Positions 45,765 to 55,715 of a stretch of DNA of 64,000 nt are shown here, in pieces (within the stretch, counting starts at the first letter, position 1; every line of letters starts with the position of its first letter). The notes under the pieces are model-generated. The model had not been told where the DNA came from, made no database searches, and saw only the letters and a list, made by a program, of their open reading frames with translations. The position numbers were made by a program, and so were the translations under genes. Source of the DNA: Candidatus Bathyarchaeia archaeon. GTDB lineage: Archaea > Thermoproteota > Bathyarchaeia > Bathyarchaeales > Bathycorpusculaceae. The stretch spans positions 1,280,001 to 1,344,000 of the forward strand of contig JBEKKK010000001.1 in assembly GCA_050010755.1 (NCBI GenBank). The letters run 5' to 3'.

Positions 45765-46907
45765 GTGAGTATAAACGTCGCTTTGATGGGCGTTCAGGTC
45801 AAGGTTGCACAGTTGTTCAATACGTCGGATTGGACGTGGGTTCTGAACATTGCGTTCTATGGGGTTTTCGTGGCTTTCATATTTTATGGTCAAAAGATCC
45901 AGATGTACGTGATGCTCAACGAAGTCGGTGGGTCGCTGTTCAGGCTGAAGTACATCAAGGAAGAAGGGCGAAAAATCGCTGTCGAAACTGTGAAGGAGAT
46001 TGGGAAGCCCCAGGCGGATCCTACCGACAAGATTGACAGATTCTTGGAGTACTTCACGATTGGGCCGCAGAGCCTTGACCCTGCGGGTGTTGTTTGGAAG
46101 CTCGAGCACATACTTGACGTGAGGGACACGCGTTTGAAGGATGAGGTGAAGCTGATGGCGCCAGCGTCGGATGAGACCCAAGTGAACAATCTAGAAAACA
46201 CGCTTGAGGCCGCCAGTGCACTCAACTTTATCTACAAAATTGTTCGTCACTATTACCTGCTTGGCAAGAAGACGAAGAACCTCTACGTGATATTGCAGAT
46301 ACAGATGATTCTGCCGCTCGTCATGCGGGAAGCAGAAGCTTATGCAAGCGCTCTAAAGGCGTTTGCGTACGGTCAACCCATCGGCGACGGGGCAGGCGCC
46401 CTCGTTGCCGCAAAACTCATGCACGGTTACGAAACGAGAAAAGTGGAGAAAGACTGCGTTGTCGCCTCCGTTCCCTTTGAAGGACGTACTGCGTTTGTTA
46501 TAAAGGCAGAAGGGCCGGGGGGAAACGTGGGAAAACCTGGAGACGCGATCAAGACGGTGATTGAAGAGAATGAAGGAAAAATCGCCATGGTGATCATGAT
46601 TGACGCGGCGCTCAAGCTTGAGGGAGAGGAGTTGGGAGAGGTGGCTGAAGGAGTGGGCGCAGCTATCGGTGGACCGGGCGTCGACCAGTACAAGATTGAA
46701 GACTCGCTGGTGAAGTATCACATTCCGATTAACGCTGTGATAATAAAAGAGGATGTCGGCGATGCGGTGTCGCCTCTCCGTAAGGAAGAGTTTGACGCGA
46801 CTGACAAAGCACTCGAAAGGGTGAAGCAGGTCGTGATGGAAAAGACGAAGGAAGGAGACAAAGTGATAATCGCCGGAATCGGAAACACCATCGGCATCGG
46901 ACAATAG
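45765..46907 (+). CDS. DUF1512-family protein
   Basis: LDPAGVV, PIGDGAGALVA, KAEGPGGNVGKPG, IDAALKLEGE, GIGNTIGIGQ. Confidence 0.9.
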   Translation: MSINVALMGVQVKVAQLFNTSDWTWVLNIAFYGVFVAFIFYGQKIQMYVMLNEVGGSLFRLKYIKEEGRKIAVETVKEIGKPQADPTDKIDRFLEYFTIGPQSLDPAGVVWKLEHILDVRDTRLKDEVKLMAPASDETQVNNLENTLEAASALNFIYKIVRHYYLLGKKTKNLYVILQIQMILPLVMREAEAYASALKAFAYGQPIGDGAGALVAAKLMHGYETRKVEKDCVVASVPFEGRTAFVIKAEGPGGNVGKPGDAIKTVIEENEGKIAMVIMIDAALKLEGEELGEVAEGVGAAIGGPGVDQYKIEDSLVKYHIPINAVIIKEDVGDAVSPLRKEEFDATDKALERVKQVVMEKTKEGDKVIIAGIGNTIGIGQ

Positions 46908-46919
46908 GAGGCAAGCGGA

Positions 46920-47351
46920 ATGAGCGGAAACCAGAATCAAACAACGAACAGGGTCTCTTCATTTGTGCTCATTGTCGTTTTCCTAACCCTAGCACTGTCG
47001 CTTGTGGCACTGATTTTCGGGGCAACCGTTCTTGCAGGATACGTCAACATCGGAAGCGACCTGACAAGCGCCTACATTCTGCTGGCCCTCGGCATCCTAG
47101 GAATAGCCATATCTGGATACGTGGTTGTCGAGGCGAGAAGAAGACTGATGAAACTGAAGGTCGCTGTTTCTCCAGTCATGACCACTCTCGAGTGCAAAAA
47201 ATGCGGTGTCAAGAACACCAGAGAATTCAAACGAGGCGACTATATTTTCAAGGAAACCGAAGACCCCTGCCAGAAATGCAACGACAAAATGCTGATAACG
47301 GCAATTTACAAGGAAGTCAAAGACAAGGAAAAGGAACATTTACAGTTCTAG
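46920..47351 (+). CDS. 2-TM membrane protein with C-terminal Zn ribbon
   Basis: CKKC...REFKRGDYIFK...CQKC...ITAIY. Confidence 0.85.
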   Translation: MSGNQNQTTNRVSSFVLIVVFLTLALSLVALIFGATVLAGYVNIGSDLTSAYILLALGILGIAISGYVVVEARRRLMKLKVAVSPVMTTLECKKCGVKNTREFKRGDYIFKETEDPCQKCNDKMLITAIYKEVKDKEKEHLQF

Positions 47352-48256
47352 GTCAACACGTGACAACCATCCTCAACTATCATGACCGTGTGCTCCGCCT
47401 GAGCGACCGTTCTTCGACTTGCTTCGATGAATATAGGGTAGCGCATGAGAGCCTTCGAAGCCAAAAGCTCATCGAAAGCCTGTTTGTGCTGTTCTTTGGG
47501 CACTGCGCCCTGCAACCAGCGCTCGGCGAAGGGCAGAGTCCTGAAGTTTTCTTCAATGAATTTCAGAAGCCGTTTAGCATAGGGATCTCTTGGCGACCTC
47601 GACTTGACGAACCTGAAAATTGTAGACTCGCTCCCGTCTTCAACTCTTCCCGCTGCATCGGGCATCGTCACGAACGGCTCAATAGCGTAGACTCCGCCGA
47701 GTTTGAGTTTCGTGAAAGACAATTGGGACACATTCGGTATTGAAGTCCCAGTGTGCAGCACGTACCGGCCAACCTGGTGCCCAGTGAGGTTTGATATGGG
47801 TTTGAAGCCGCGGGATTTTATCGTCTTCTCGATCAACGCGCCGAGTGTTGAGGCAGAAATTCCCGGCCTAATGATATCCGTAGCAGCTTTCACTGCGCGC
47901 TCAGCGGTTGCCACGAGATCTTCATACTCACGGTTTAAACAAACTGTCACCGCCGTGTCGGTCACATAACCGTCCACGTGTGCGCCAATGTCCACCTTGA
48001 CAACCGAGTTCTCGGGGATCCGCTTCTTGTCGCCTGGTGGAGAAGTGTAGTGTGCCGCCACCTCGTTGATTGAAACGTTGCATGGAAAAGCCGGCTTTGC
48101 ACCCTTTTTCTTAATCAGCTCCTCTGCCTTCTCGCAGATGTCGATTATCATCATGCCTTCTCGGACGTAGCCCTTGATCTCCTCCCGTGCCTCCCGAAGA
48201 ATCCTTCCGGACAGCTTAAACTTCTCGACGGCATCCTTGTCAAATTCACCCATCAA
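47348..48256 (-). CDS. map: Methionine aminopeptidase type II
   Basis: AFPCNVSINEVAAHY, KVDIGAHVDG, DTA, NLTGH, AIEPF, AQAEHT. Confidence 0.95.
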   Translation of the reverse strand: MMGEFDKDAVEKFKLSGRILREAREEIKGYVREGMMIIDICEKAEELIKKKGAKPAFPCNVSINEVAAHYTSPPGDKKRIPENSVVKVDIGAHVDGYVTDTAVTVCLNREYEDLVATAERAVKAATDIIRPGISASTLGALIEKTIKSRGFKPISNLTGHQVGRYVLHTGTSIPNVSQLSFTKLKLGGVYAIEPFVTMPDAAGRVEDGSESTIFRFVKSRSPRDPYAKRLLKFIEENFRTLPFAERWLQGAVPKEQHKQAFDELLASKALMRYPIFIEASRRTVAQAEHTVMIVEDGCHVLT

Positions 48257-48379
48257 ATTCCCAACCTTTCAAGACAGAGCAAAGACTGAACTTTCACAGC
48301 ATCCCTTTTTTTACACGCAGCTGACTTAAATGTTTAATCGGCGACTATTTGAACGCACCGAACTGGCCCCGTCCTCCAC

Positions 48380-48943
48380 CTAACCCTTGGATTCGACGAC
48401 TTTTGGCTCAAGAGTCGCATATTTGTCTCCTCCAAGATGAAAAATCATTTGCGCTTTTCCCAAGTCATACGAGTCTCCGAAGGCCCCTTTGTCAACTTGG
48501 GCGTTGACTATTTCTCCTAGGAATATCGTGTGATCTCCTGCAGTGAATTGGCTGTGAAGTTTACATTCAAGATGACCCACGCACTCTCGTATCAGCGGAG
48601 CCTTGACTTTCTTTGCCGGAAGCGCTGTCAAGCCTGTTTCTTTGAATTTGTCATGGTTTCTGCCGCTGGTCGTTCCGCAGAGTACGGTCTTGCCGAGCAG
48701 GTCCATCGTAGGTATGTTAACAACAAACTCTTTCGATTCCTCGATGAGGCCATGTGAGTGTCTCCGAGGTGAGACGCTTATGGCCACGAGGGGCGGGCTT
48801 GCCGAGGCGGGCATCGCCCACGCCAGGGTTATTATGTTGGATTTTCCGTTTTTTCCTACGCTCGTGACGAGCACCGTGTGCATTGGATGAAGAAGCCTGT
48901 AGCTTGAACTGATGTTGACTTCCACCTTTTCTTTCTCGAGCAT
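48380..48943 (-). CDS. Flavin reductase-like protein
   Basis: YRLLHP, NIITLAW, EFVVNIP, CGTTSGR, GDHTIFLGEI; ATG at 48943 (the track's longer 5' end overlaps trpS). Confidence 0.9.
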   Translation of the reverse strand: MLEKEKVEVNISSSYRLLHPMHTVLVTSVGKNGKSNIITLAWAMPASASPPLVAISVSPRRHSHGLIEESKEFVVNIPTMDLLGKTVLCGTTSGRNHDKFKETGLTALPAKKVKAPLIRECVGHLECKLHSQFTAGDHTIFLGEIVNAQVDKGAFGDSYDLGKAQMIFHLGGDKYATLEPKVVESKG

Positions 48944-48957
48944 GTGCCAAACGCACC

Positions 48958-50088
48958 TCAACGTTTCACGTGATACTTCTCTACTTTGTCTCTTGCTTTT
49001 TCCCTTTTCTTCTGGTGTTCGGCGAGAAAACGGTTGATCCGTTCGGTCAGATCTTTTTTGCACTCGCCGCACATTATTCCGCCGGTTCTGCACAGTCTCT
49101 CTCTTTCGCTGAGTTTTTTGTCGTCTTCCTCGAAGAGGTAGAGGAAGTACTGGTACACGGAGCAAACGTCTGGGTTCGCGCCTTCCTTCCTCTGTTCCGC
49201 AACGGTTGCCTTTCCGCCCGTGAAGGCTTTCCAGACCTTTCTCTTCACGACATCGGGCGAGTCGACGGTGAATATTGCCGTGTCTGGCTCGGACGCGCTC
49301 ATTTTTCCTCCTATTCCCAGTCCCGGCAGGAAGCGATTATGAATTTGCGCGGGTTTGTAGTAGCCGAGTTTTGATGCGATGTCTCGGGTGATTCTCCAGT
49401 AAGGATCTTGATCGATGGCGGCCGGGATGAGTGCGGGAACGTTTTCTCCAGTCAGTTTCTTGTGTATGAAGCAGGGAACCGCTTGTACGGCGGGCCAGAA
49501 CACCCAGCCGAGGTTCATGCTCTCTTGAAACCCGAAAGTGGCTTTGGCCGTTGAGTAGGTTATCCGTTTGGCCACTTCCAATGCGATGTCGTAGAGCAGG
49601 TCGATGTCTTGAACGTCGTAGATTATGAACGTCTTCTCCGGTTCAAAACCCAGCGCTACCAAGTCTAGGGCGTTGTCGTAGCCCAATTGGGTGGTTTCGG
49701 CGAGTTTGCGTTCGTCGTCCACAACAAACTTCTCGTCGTCGGTCATTTGAAAATAGAGCCTGGTGTCAAACGCATCCTGCAGGTGTTTCGTGAAGATCCA
49801 CGGGACGAGATGTCCTATGTGAACAGGACCTGATGGGCCTCGCCCAGTGTACAACACGAATTTTGTTCCCTTGTCGTACAAGTCCAAAACCGTGTCCAAG
49901 TCGCGGTGAGAAAAGAACAGTTTTCTTCGCAGCTGGAGATGAATTTCACCCGTGTAATGTGCCAACCTCTTCAGCAGTTCGTCGGTCAGCGGTTGGGTTC
50001 CAAACTCACGTATCAAACGGTCATAGTCAACCTCACCCCGAACTTCCCACGGGGTGACGACCATTTCATTTTTCTTCTCACCCGTCAA
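48958..50088 (-). CDS. trpS: Tryptophanyl-tRNA synthetase
   Basis: VTPW, YTGRGPS, HIGH, IDQDPY, KMSAS. Confidence 0.96.
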   Translation of the reverse strand: MTGEKKNEMVVTPWEVRGEVDYDRLIREFGTQPLTDELLKRLAHYTGEIHLQLRRKLFFSHRDLDTVLDLYDKGTKFVLYTGRGPSGPVHIGHLVPWIFTKHLQDAFDTRLYFQMTDDEKFVVDDERKLAETTQLGYDNALDLVALGFEPEKTFIIYDVQDIDLLYDIALEVAKRITYSTAKATFGFQESMNLGWVFWPAVQAVPCFIHKKLTGENVPALIPAAIDQDPYWRITRDIASKLGYYKPAQIHNRFLPGLGIGGKMSASEPDTAIFTVDSPDVVKRKVWKAFTGGKATVAEQRKEGANPDVCSVYQYFLYLFEEDDKKLSERERLCRTGGIMCGECKKDLTERINRFLAEHQKKREKARDKVEKYHVKR

Positions 50089-50273
50089 ATTTCACGCCTA
50101 CCACGGTTCCCTATACATTTCAAAGAAAAGTATTAAGTCTTGTGCGACATGCGCTCATGCCTTTCAAATGAGGCACGGTGTGAATTGTACGCGTTCCAGA
50201 GTCAGGCTTTTATTAAAATATGAGCATTTACATTACAAAATCCAATCTATCTGGCTCAAAGGTGCGGAACAGC

Positions 50274-51785
50274 ATGGTTGACTTGAGAGAACACGAACGT
50301 CGGACGCTTTCAGCGTTGAGCAACTTCATTGGGGAGGCGAACGTTGAGCAACTCATTCAGAATAGCGGACTGTCGGATGCGGCTGTGATGCGTGCCGCCT
50401 TGGCACTGCAGGAAAAAGGACTTATAACGATTCATGAATGCAGAGAGACGTTGCTGAAGCTCAGCGCAGAGGGAAAGCTTCACGCTAATAAGGGCCTGCC
50501 GGAACGGCGTCTCATGAACGCTTTAGAGAACCTCGGCGGGAAAGCTGCTCGCAAGGATGCCTTTGAAAAGGCAGGTTTGGAAAAGCAATTCATGCCAATC
50601 GCGCTGGGGTGGGCTCAGAAGAAAAAATGGACGATGCTCGACTCGAAAGCTGACGTGTTGCAGGCTATCGTTAAACCGGCAGTGGGTGACGATGAGAGGC
50701 TGCTCAAGGTTCTTGCTGAAAAGGAAAACGTGACGGCGGAAGAGTTAGATGCTAAGCTTCAAGGTGCTGTGCAGGTTCTTAAAGGAAGGAAGCTTCTCGA
50801 CGTCGAGGGAAAGATACGGCGCGTTTTTGAATTGACGGCAGCCGGAAAGCAAGGCTTGAGGGAAAGAAAGAGTGAGGCTCCTGAAGTGACACAGTTGACG
50901 CAGGAGCTTATCGTCGGCGGCAAATGGAAGAGTGTGAAGCTTCAAAGATACAACGTGGAGGCATCGGTGGCTGAGACATGGCCCGGCAAGAAGCATCCCT
51001 ACACACAATTCTTGGAAGAAGTGAGAGAAAAGCTTGTTACCCTGGGATTCAGAGAAATGATCGGCACGGCAGTTGAAACGTCCTTCTTTAACTTCGACGC
51101 CCTCTACACGCCCCAGGACCATCCGGCCCGAGAAGCATCAGGCATTTACTTCGTCAAATCGCCAAAAGAAGGAAGCATAGACGTTCCCGCGAAAATCCTT
51201 GACAACGTGAGAAAGACTCATGAAAACGGCTGGAAAACAGGCTCCACAGGCTGGAAATACAAGTACTCGGAGAAAGAAGCCAAACGACTCATTCTGCGAG
51301 GACACGGAACATGCCTCAGTGCTAGAACGTTGCTGAGCAAAGACCTGCAGGTTCCGGGTAGATACTTCTCGTTTGCGCGATGCTACAGACCGGAAATAGT
51401 TGACAAGCTGCACCTGACAGAGTTCAATCAGGTTGAAGGCATAATCATTGAAAAGGATTTGACGTTGCGAGATCTGCTGGGTGTGCTGGGAAAATTTGCC
51501 ACCGAAATCGCGGGGGCAGACAAGGTTAGGTTCAGGCCGGACTACTTTCCCTTCACGGAACCGAGCGTTGAACTTGCCGCGTACAAGAAAGGTGTCGGAT
51601 GGATAGAGTTCGGCGGCTCAGGAATTTTCAGACCCGAAGTTACAATGCCCATGGGCATCAAGGAGCCAGTTATCGCTTGGGGTTTAGGCATCGACCGATT
51701 GTTCATGATGAGGGCCAAGGTCGAGGAGATACGATACATTTTCAGCCAAGACCTAGACTGGGTCAGAAGGAAGGCGGTGGTCTAG
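50274..51785 (+). CDS. pheS: Phenylalanyl-tRNA synthetase alpha subunit
   Basis: GLPERR, FNFDALYTPQDHPARE, HLTEFNQVEG, YFPFTEPS, GIFRPE, AWGLGIDR; ATG 50274 preferred. Confidence 0.96.
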   Translation: MVDLREHERRTLSALSNFIGEANVEQLIQNSGLSDAAVMRAALALQEKGLITIHECRETLLKLSAEGKLHANKGLPERRLMNALENLGGKAARKDAFEKAGLEKQFMPIALGWAQKKKWTMLDSKADVLQAIVKPAVGDDERLLKVLAEKENVTAEELDAKLQGAVQVLKGRKLLDVEGKIRRVFELTAAGKQGLRERKSEAPEVTQLTQELIVGGKWKSVKLQRYNVEASVAETWPGKKHPYTQFLEEVREKLVTLGFREMIGTAVETSFFNFDALYTPQDHPAREASGIYFVKSPKEGSIDVPAKILDNVRKTHENGWKTGSTGWKYKYSEKEAKRLILRGHGTCLSARTLLSKDLQVPGRYFSFARCYRPEIVDKLHLTEFNQVEGIIIEKDLTLRDLLGVLGKFATEIAGADKVRFRPDYFPFTEPSVELAAYKKGVGWIEFGGSGIFRPEVTMPMGIKEPVIAWGLGIDRLFMMRAKVEEIRYIFSQDLDWVRRKAVV

Positions 51786-53483
51786 ATGCCGACGATAGAC
51801 ATAGACTATGCCGAGTTCGAAAGGCTGCTCGGAAAAATGCTGCACAAAGACTTGGATGAGATCAACGATGCGCTTGCATTTGTCAAGGGAGAGGCGAACC
51901 TGTTCGATGAGAAAGAAGGAACTATGAGCGTTGAGATAAAGGATACAAATCGTCCGGACATCTGGAACATCGAGGGCCTAGTCAGAGCTCTGCGAGGGTT
52001 TCTGGGCATCGAAGAGGGTTTGAAGCGATATTCAGTTGGCAAGCAGTCAGCCGAGGTTCACGTTGATCAGGGACTGGAAAACATACGTCCCTACATCGGC
52101 TGCTCCATAGTCAAGAATCTGAAACTGAATGACACCATAATCCGCGGCTTCATGCACATGCAGGACAAGCTCGATCAGACTTACGGAAGGAACAGGCGGC
52201 GAACTTCAATCGGGCTTTACAACTTGGATTTAATTAAACTGCCGTTGCAGTATACGGTCGCAAAGCCGAATGAAATCAGCTTCGCGCCGCTGGGCTTCAC
52301 GGAAAAGATGAGCCTGAAAGAAATGCTTGCGCATCATCCGAAAGGCCTAGAGTACGGCCACATCGTCAGCAAACACGAGGTCTACCCCCTCCTCTTGGAC
52401 GCGGAGAACAAGCCTCTCTCCTTCCCTCCGATAATCAACTCTAACGACCTTGGAAGAATCACCGAAGATACAAAAAACGTTCTCGTCGAAGTTACAGGAA
52501 CAATGGAAGAGACAACGCTCAACACTCTGAAAATCGTCACCCTCTCCTTGATAGACCGTGGCGGCAAAGCTTACGCAGCCAAAATCCACTATCCGCACAG
52601 AAACTTGGACGTTCTGACACCAAGCTTCGAAACCGGCCAAATGGACTTGAACGTTGATTACGCCAACACTGTCTTGGGCTTGAAGCTGAAGGCCAAGCAG
52701 ATTGCACAGATGCTGCGCAAGGCAGGCCACGGCGCTGAAGAAACTGAGGGGAATAGTGTGCACGTGGAGATTCCGTGTTACAGAGTCGACGTGATGCATC
52801 CTGTAGATCTCGTCGAAGACGTTGCCATAGCCTACGATTACAACAACATCAAGCCGCTGTGGCGCGAAATGCCCACGACCGGAGGGGTGAGGCCTGAACA
52901 GAGATTGATTGGCGTGGCGAGAGAGTTGATGATTGGACTGGGGTTTCAGGAAGTCCTCACGTTCACACTTACGAACCCTGACACCCTCTTCAAGAAAATG
53001 AACCTCAAGAAAGAGAAGATAATTGAAATCTCCAACCCCAAAGTCAACACATTGACATGCCTGAGAAGCTGGTTGCTGCCCAACCTCATCGAATTTGTGA
53101 GCAACAACCTGCACGTTGAATGCCCGCAGAAAATATTCGAACTCGGCAAAGTCACCCTCCTCGATGAGAAGAGAGAAACTAGAAGCAGGGACGAAGACAG
53201 AGTTGCCGCAATCATCTACGACGCAAACGCCAGCTTCACAGAAGCCAAATCAACAGTCGAAGCTTTCATGGCGAACCTAGGGCTCAAATGGCAAATAAAA
53301 GAAACGGAACATCCCAGCTTCATAAGCGGCAGAGCAGGCGAGATAATCGTCGAAGGAACGGAAGTTGGAGTCTTGGGCGAAATCAACCCGAAAGTCCTCG
53401 AAGCATGGAAACTGGAAAACCCCACGGCAGCCTTCGAACTGGACGTTGAAAAGATAATCAAAATCAAACAAAAAAACAAGTGA
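51786..53483 (+). CDS. pheT: Phenylalanyl-tRNA synthetase beta subunit
   Basis: MPTI, NRPD, PPIINS, YRVDVMHPVDLVEDVAIAY, GEINP. Confidence 0.96.
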   Translation: MPTIDIDYAEFERLLGKMLHKDLDEINDALAFVKGEANLFDEKEGTMSVEIKDTNRPDIWNIEGLVRALRGFLGIEEGLKRYSVGKQSAEVHVDQGLENIRPYIGCSIVKNLKLNDTIIRGFMHMQDKLDQTYGRNRRRTSIGLYNLDLIKLPLQYTVAKPNEISFAPLGFTEKMSLKEMLAHHPKGLEYGHIVSKHEVYPLLLDAENKPLSFPPIINSNDLGRITEDTKNVLVEVTGTMEETTLNTLKIVTLSLIDRGGKAYAAKIHYPHRNLDVLTPSFETGQMDLNVDYANTVLGLKLKAKQIAQMLRKAGHGAEETEGNSVHVEIPCYRVDVMHPVDLVEDVAIAYDYNNIKPLWREMPTTGGVRPEQRLIGVARELMIGLGFQEVLTFTLTNPDTLFKKMNLKKEKIIEISNPKVNTLTCLRSWLLPNLIEFVSNNLHVECPQKIFELGKVTLLDEKRETRSRDEDRVAAIIYDANASFTEAKSTVEAFMANLGLKWQIKETEHPSFISGRAGEIIVEGTEVGVLGEINPKVLEAWKLENPTAAFELDVEKIIKIKQKNK

Positions 53484-53637
53484 AATCGCCGCAGCCAATC
53501 GAACATATTCCGTATGGGCTATGACATCATCGAAACGGCTACTCATCTATGAGTTTTGCAGGGCTCGACATTCAACATGTTTGGACAAGTGGAGTGGGAG
53601 ACAGCAACCCTTAACTTTTCAGCCGCTCCTTCTCTTC

Positions 53638-53878
53638 TGGCGATGACAGGAATTTGAGCCCTAGATAATCCCGCTGGCATATCCACGCAGACGGACTCAA
53701 CGGAAGAAGCAAGCTTCGCTTGCCGGTTCTTGTGATGGCGAGTTTACCCAAACGTGGGACACGGCGGGCGCGGGCCTAAAAAGCCTACGACGGAGAGAGC
53801 TTAACCTAGAGGAGCGTACCGCCCCACAGTGAAGTTAAGTGTTTGGTTACGTAGGGAACAAGATGGCCCGCGAAAACA
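53638..53878 (+). ncRNA. Candidate structured RNA: two K-turn/ACA hairpins plus a 5' C/D-like segment
   Basis: Nested stems identified by eye (see finding); TATA-like CCTTAACTT ~25-30 nt upstream; no ORF. Confidence 0.55.
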
Positions 53879-53937
53879 ACTCTTAAGTTTGTCATGTGTA
53901 TACAGATAGGTAAAACCCGAAGCAGGCAGAGCAAAAT

Positions 53938-55026
53938 TTGGACTTAGAAACGAAAATCGAGCTTGTGTGCAGACCGCCGACGGAAGAAGTCATAACTCCT
54001 GAAGACTTGCGGAAACTCTTGGAGGTTGAGGAGCATCCGATAGCCTACAACGGCTGGGAACCGTCCGGTCTGGTTCACCTTGGAACAGGCGTCGTCTGCG
54101 CCTACAAGATGAAAGACTTCCTAGATGCTGGAATACGGTACAAGGCCTATCTTTCAACGTGGCATGCTTGGCTAAACAACAAGATGGGCGGCGACCTAAA
54201 ACTCATAAGAAAAGCCGCGGATCTCTTCAGACACTCATGGATAGCCCTGGGCGTTCCAGAAGACAAGGTCGAATTCATCTACTCGGACGAGCTTTACGAC
54301 GATTTGAAATACTGGGAAAAAACGGTGATGGTGTCGAAAAACCTCTCAATAGCGAGGGTGACACGCACGCTCGAGGTTGCAGGAAGACAGGAGTCTGAGG
54401 CCAAACACGTTTCGGACTACCTGTACACGCCCATGCAAGTAGCCGACATATTCCACATGGAAGTAAAAATTTGTCAACTAGGCATGGATCAACGCAAAGC
54501 AAACGTCGTGGCCAGAGAACTTGGCGAAAGGCTCGGGTTCTGGAAACCCGTGTGCGTGCACCACAGCTACCTCCAAGGCCTAGCGAAGCCGCCCATTTGG
54601 CCTATTCCGAAAGAGAAAGAAAGGGAAATACTCTCATCGATAAAAATGTCGAAGAGCAAGCCTGAAACCTGCATATTCATATACGACTCGCCCGAAGAAA
54701 TCAAACAGAAAATTTCACACGCCTTCTGCCCAGAAAAAACCGTGGAGTACAATCCAATCTTGGAGATATGCAAGTTCATAATATTCAGAGAAAACAAGGC
54801 CTTCACCATACAAAGACCGCCCAAATTTGGAGGGCCAATAGCTTTCGAAAACCTCAAGGAGCTCCAAAATGCGTACGCGGAAGGTAAACTTCATCCGCAG
54901 GACCTCAAGAACGCTGTGGCAGAAGAGCTCGCACGGATGCTTGAACCCGTGAGAAGATACTTCGAAAACAACAAAGAAGCAAGAGAATGCCTCAACGCGG
55001 TTAGCAACTCCAAAGTGACAAGGTGA
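53938..55026 (+). CDS. tyrS: Tyrosyl-tRNA synthetase
   Basis: AYNGWEPSG, HLG, YTPMQVADI, GMDQRK, KMSKS, LHPQDLK. Confidence 0.96.
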   Translation: MDLETKIELVCRPPTEEVITPEDLRKLLEVEEHPIAYNGWEPSGLVHLGTGVVCAYKMKDFLDAGIRYKAYLSTWHAWLNNKMGGDLKLIRKAADLFRHSWIALGVPEDKVEFIYSDELYDDLKYWEKTVMVSKNLSIARVTRTLEVAGRQESEAKHVSDYLYTPMQVADIFHMEVKICQLGMDQRKANVVARELGERLGFWKPVCVHHSYLQGLAKPPIWPIPKEKEREILSSIKMSKSKPETCIFIYDSPEEIKQKISHAFCPEKTVEYNPILEICKFIIFRENKAFTIQRPPKFGGPIAFENLKELQNAYAEGKLHPQDLKNAVAEELARMLEPVRRYFENNKEARECLNAVSNSKVTR

Positions 55027-55448
55027 AAACCTCGTCGACACACCTTAGAGAAAGACAAGAAAACATCCAGCAAACGCTGCAATGTCTAGTTGATGAATCA
55101 GCAAGGGGAACGCCGATAGTTGTTGAAGGCAAGAAAGACCTGGAAACCCTGCGAACGCTGGGCGTTCAGGGACTGATAGTGACCGCCAAGACAGGCGGAA
55201 AATCCCGTTTAGATCTCCTAACAGAAATAGAGAAAATCGGTTACCGAGAAGTCATTCTGCTGTTGGATTTTGACAGGCGAGGGAAAGAATGGACGGCGAT
55301 CCTGAGACAAAACCTGGAAAAGGCAAGGATAAAAGTCAACGTCACATATAGGAAAGCACTCTTGAGGTCAGCAGGCAAGGAACTGAAGGACATCGAAGGC
55401 CTGGCAGCCTACTTGCAGACCTTGAGCAAAAAACTCGGCGAAAGATGA
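55023..55448 (+). CDS. Stand-alone Toprim-domain protein
   Basis: IVVEGKKD, LLDFDRRG, KDIEGL. Confidence 0.9.
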   Translation: MKTSSTHLRERQENIQQTLQCLVDESARGTPIVVEGKKDLETLRTLGVQGLIVTAKTGGKSRLDLLTEIEKIGYREVILLLDFDRRGKEWTAILRQNLEKARIKVNVTYRKALLRSAGKELKDIEGLAAYLQTLSKKLGER

Positions 55449-55715
55449 ACCTAGTCCCGTTTCCGCTCACGTGGGAAATTCTCTTTACGCTCAGTCCGGG
55501 GGGATGCACGTCCTCAAGGCTTCGAACCCTGTCAATCTGCCGCGAAAAAGCTTGGTAAAATCTGGATGGGGATAAAAAGCTTAAAGAGGATGATCAATAA
55601 TTCATAAACGTAATATATAGCAGATATTAAGACACAATCTCGTGGTTCGAGGGAGCAATCCTCGGGTCGCGCGATTAACGCTGATCATTAACAAATCATT
55701 CGGAGGTGCCCCAGC

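Noticed and set aside
53638-53878. SRP RNA, RNase P RNA or T-box leader
   Set aside because: No SRP helix-8 CAGG..GNRA..AGCA stem, no GAGGAAAGUCC, no T-box UGGNACC bulge; tyrS seems to have its own TATA-like element at ~53882.
48958-55026. Clustering of the aromatic aminoacyl-tRNA synthetase genes trpS, pheST and tyrS
   Set aside because: Ordinary housekeeping neighbourhood; no evidence of a novel system beyond the intergenic RNA reported separately.
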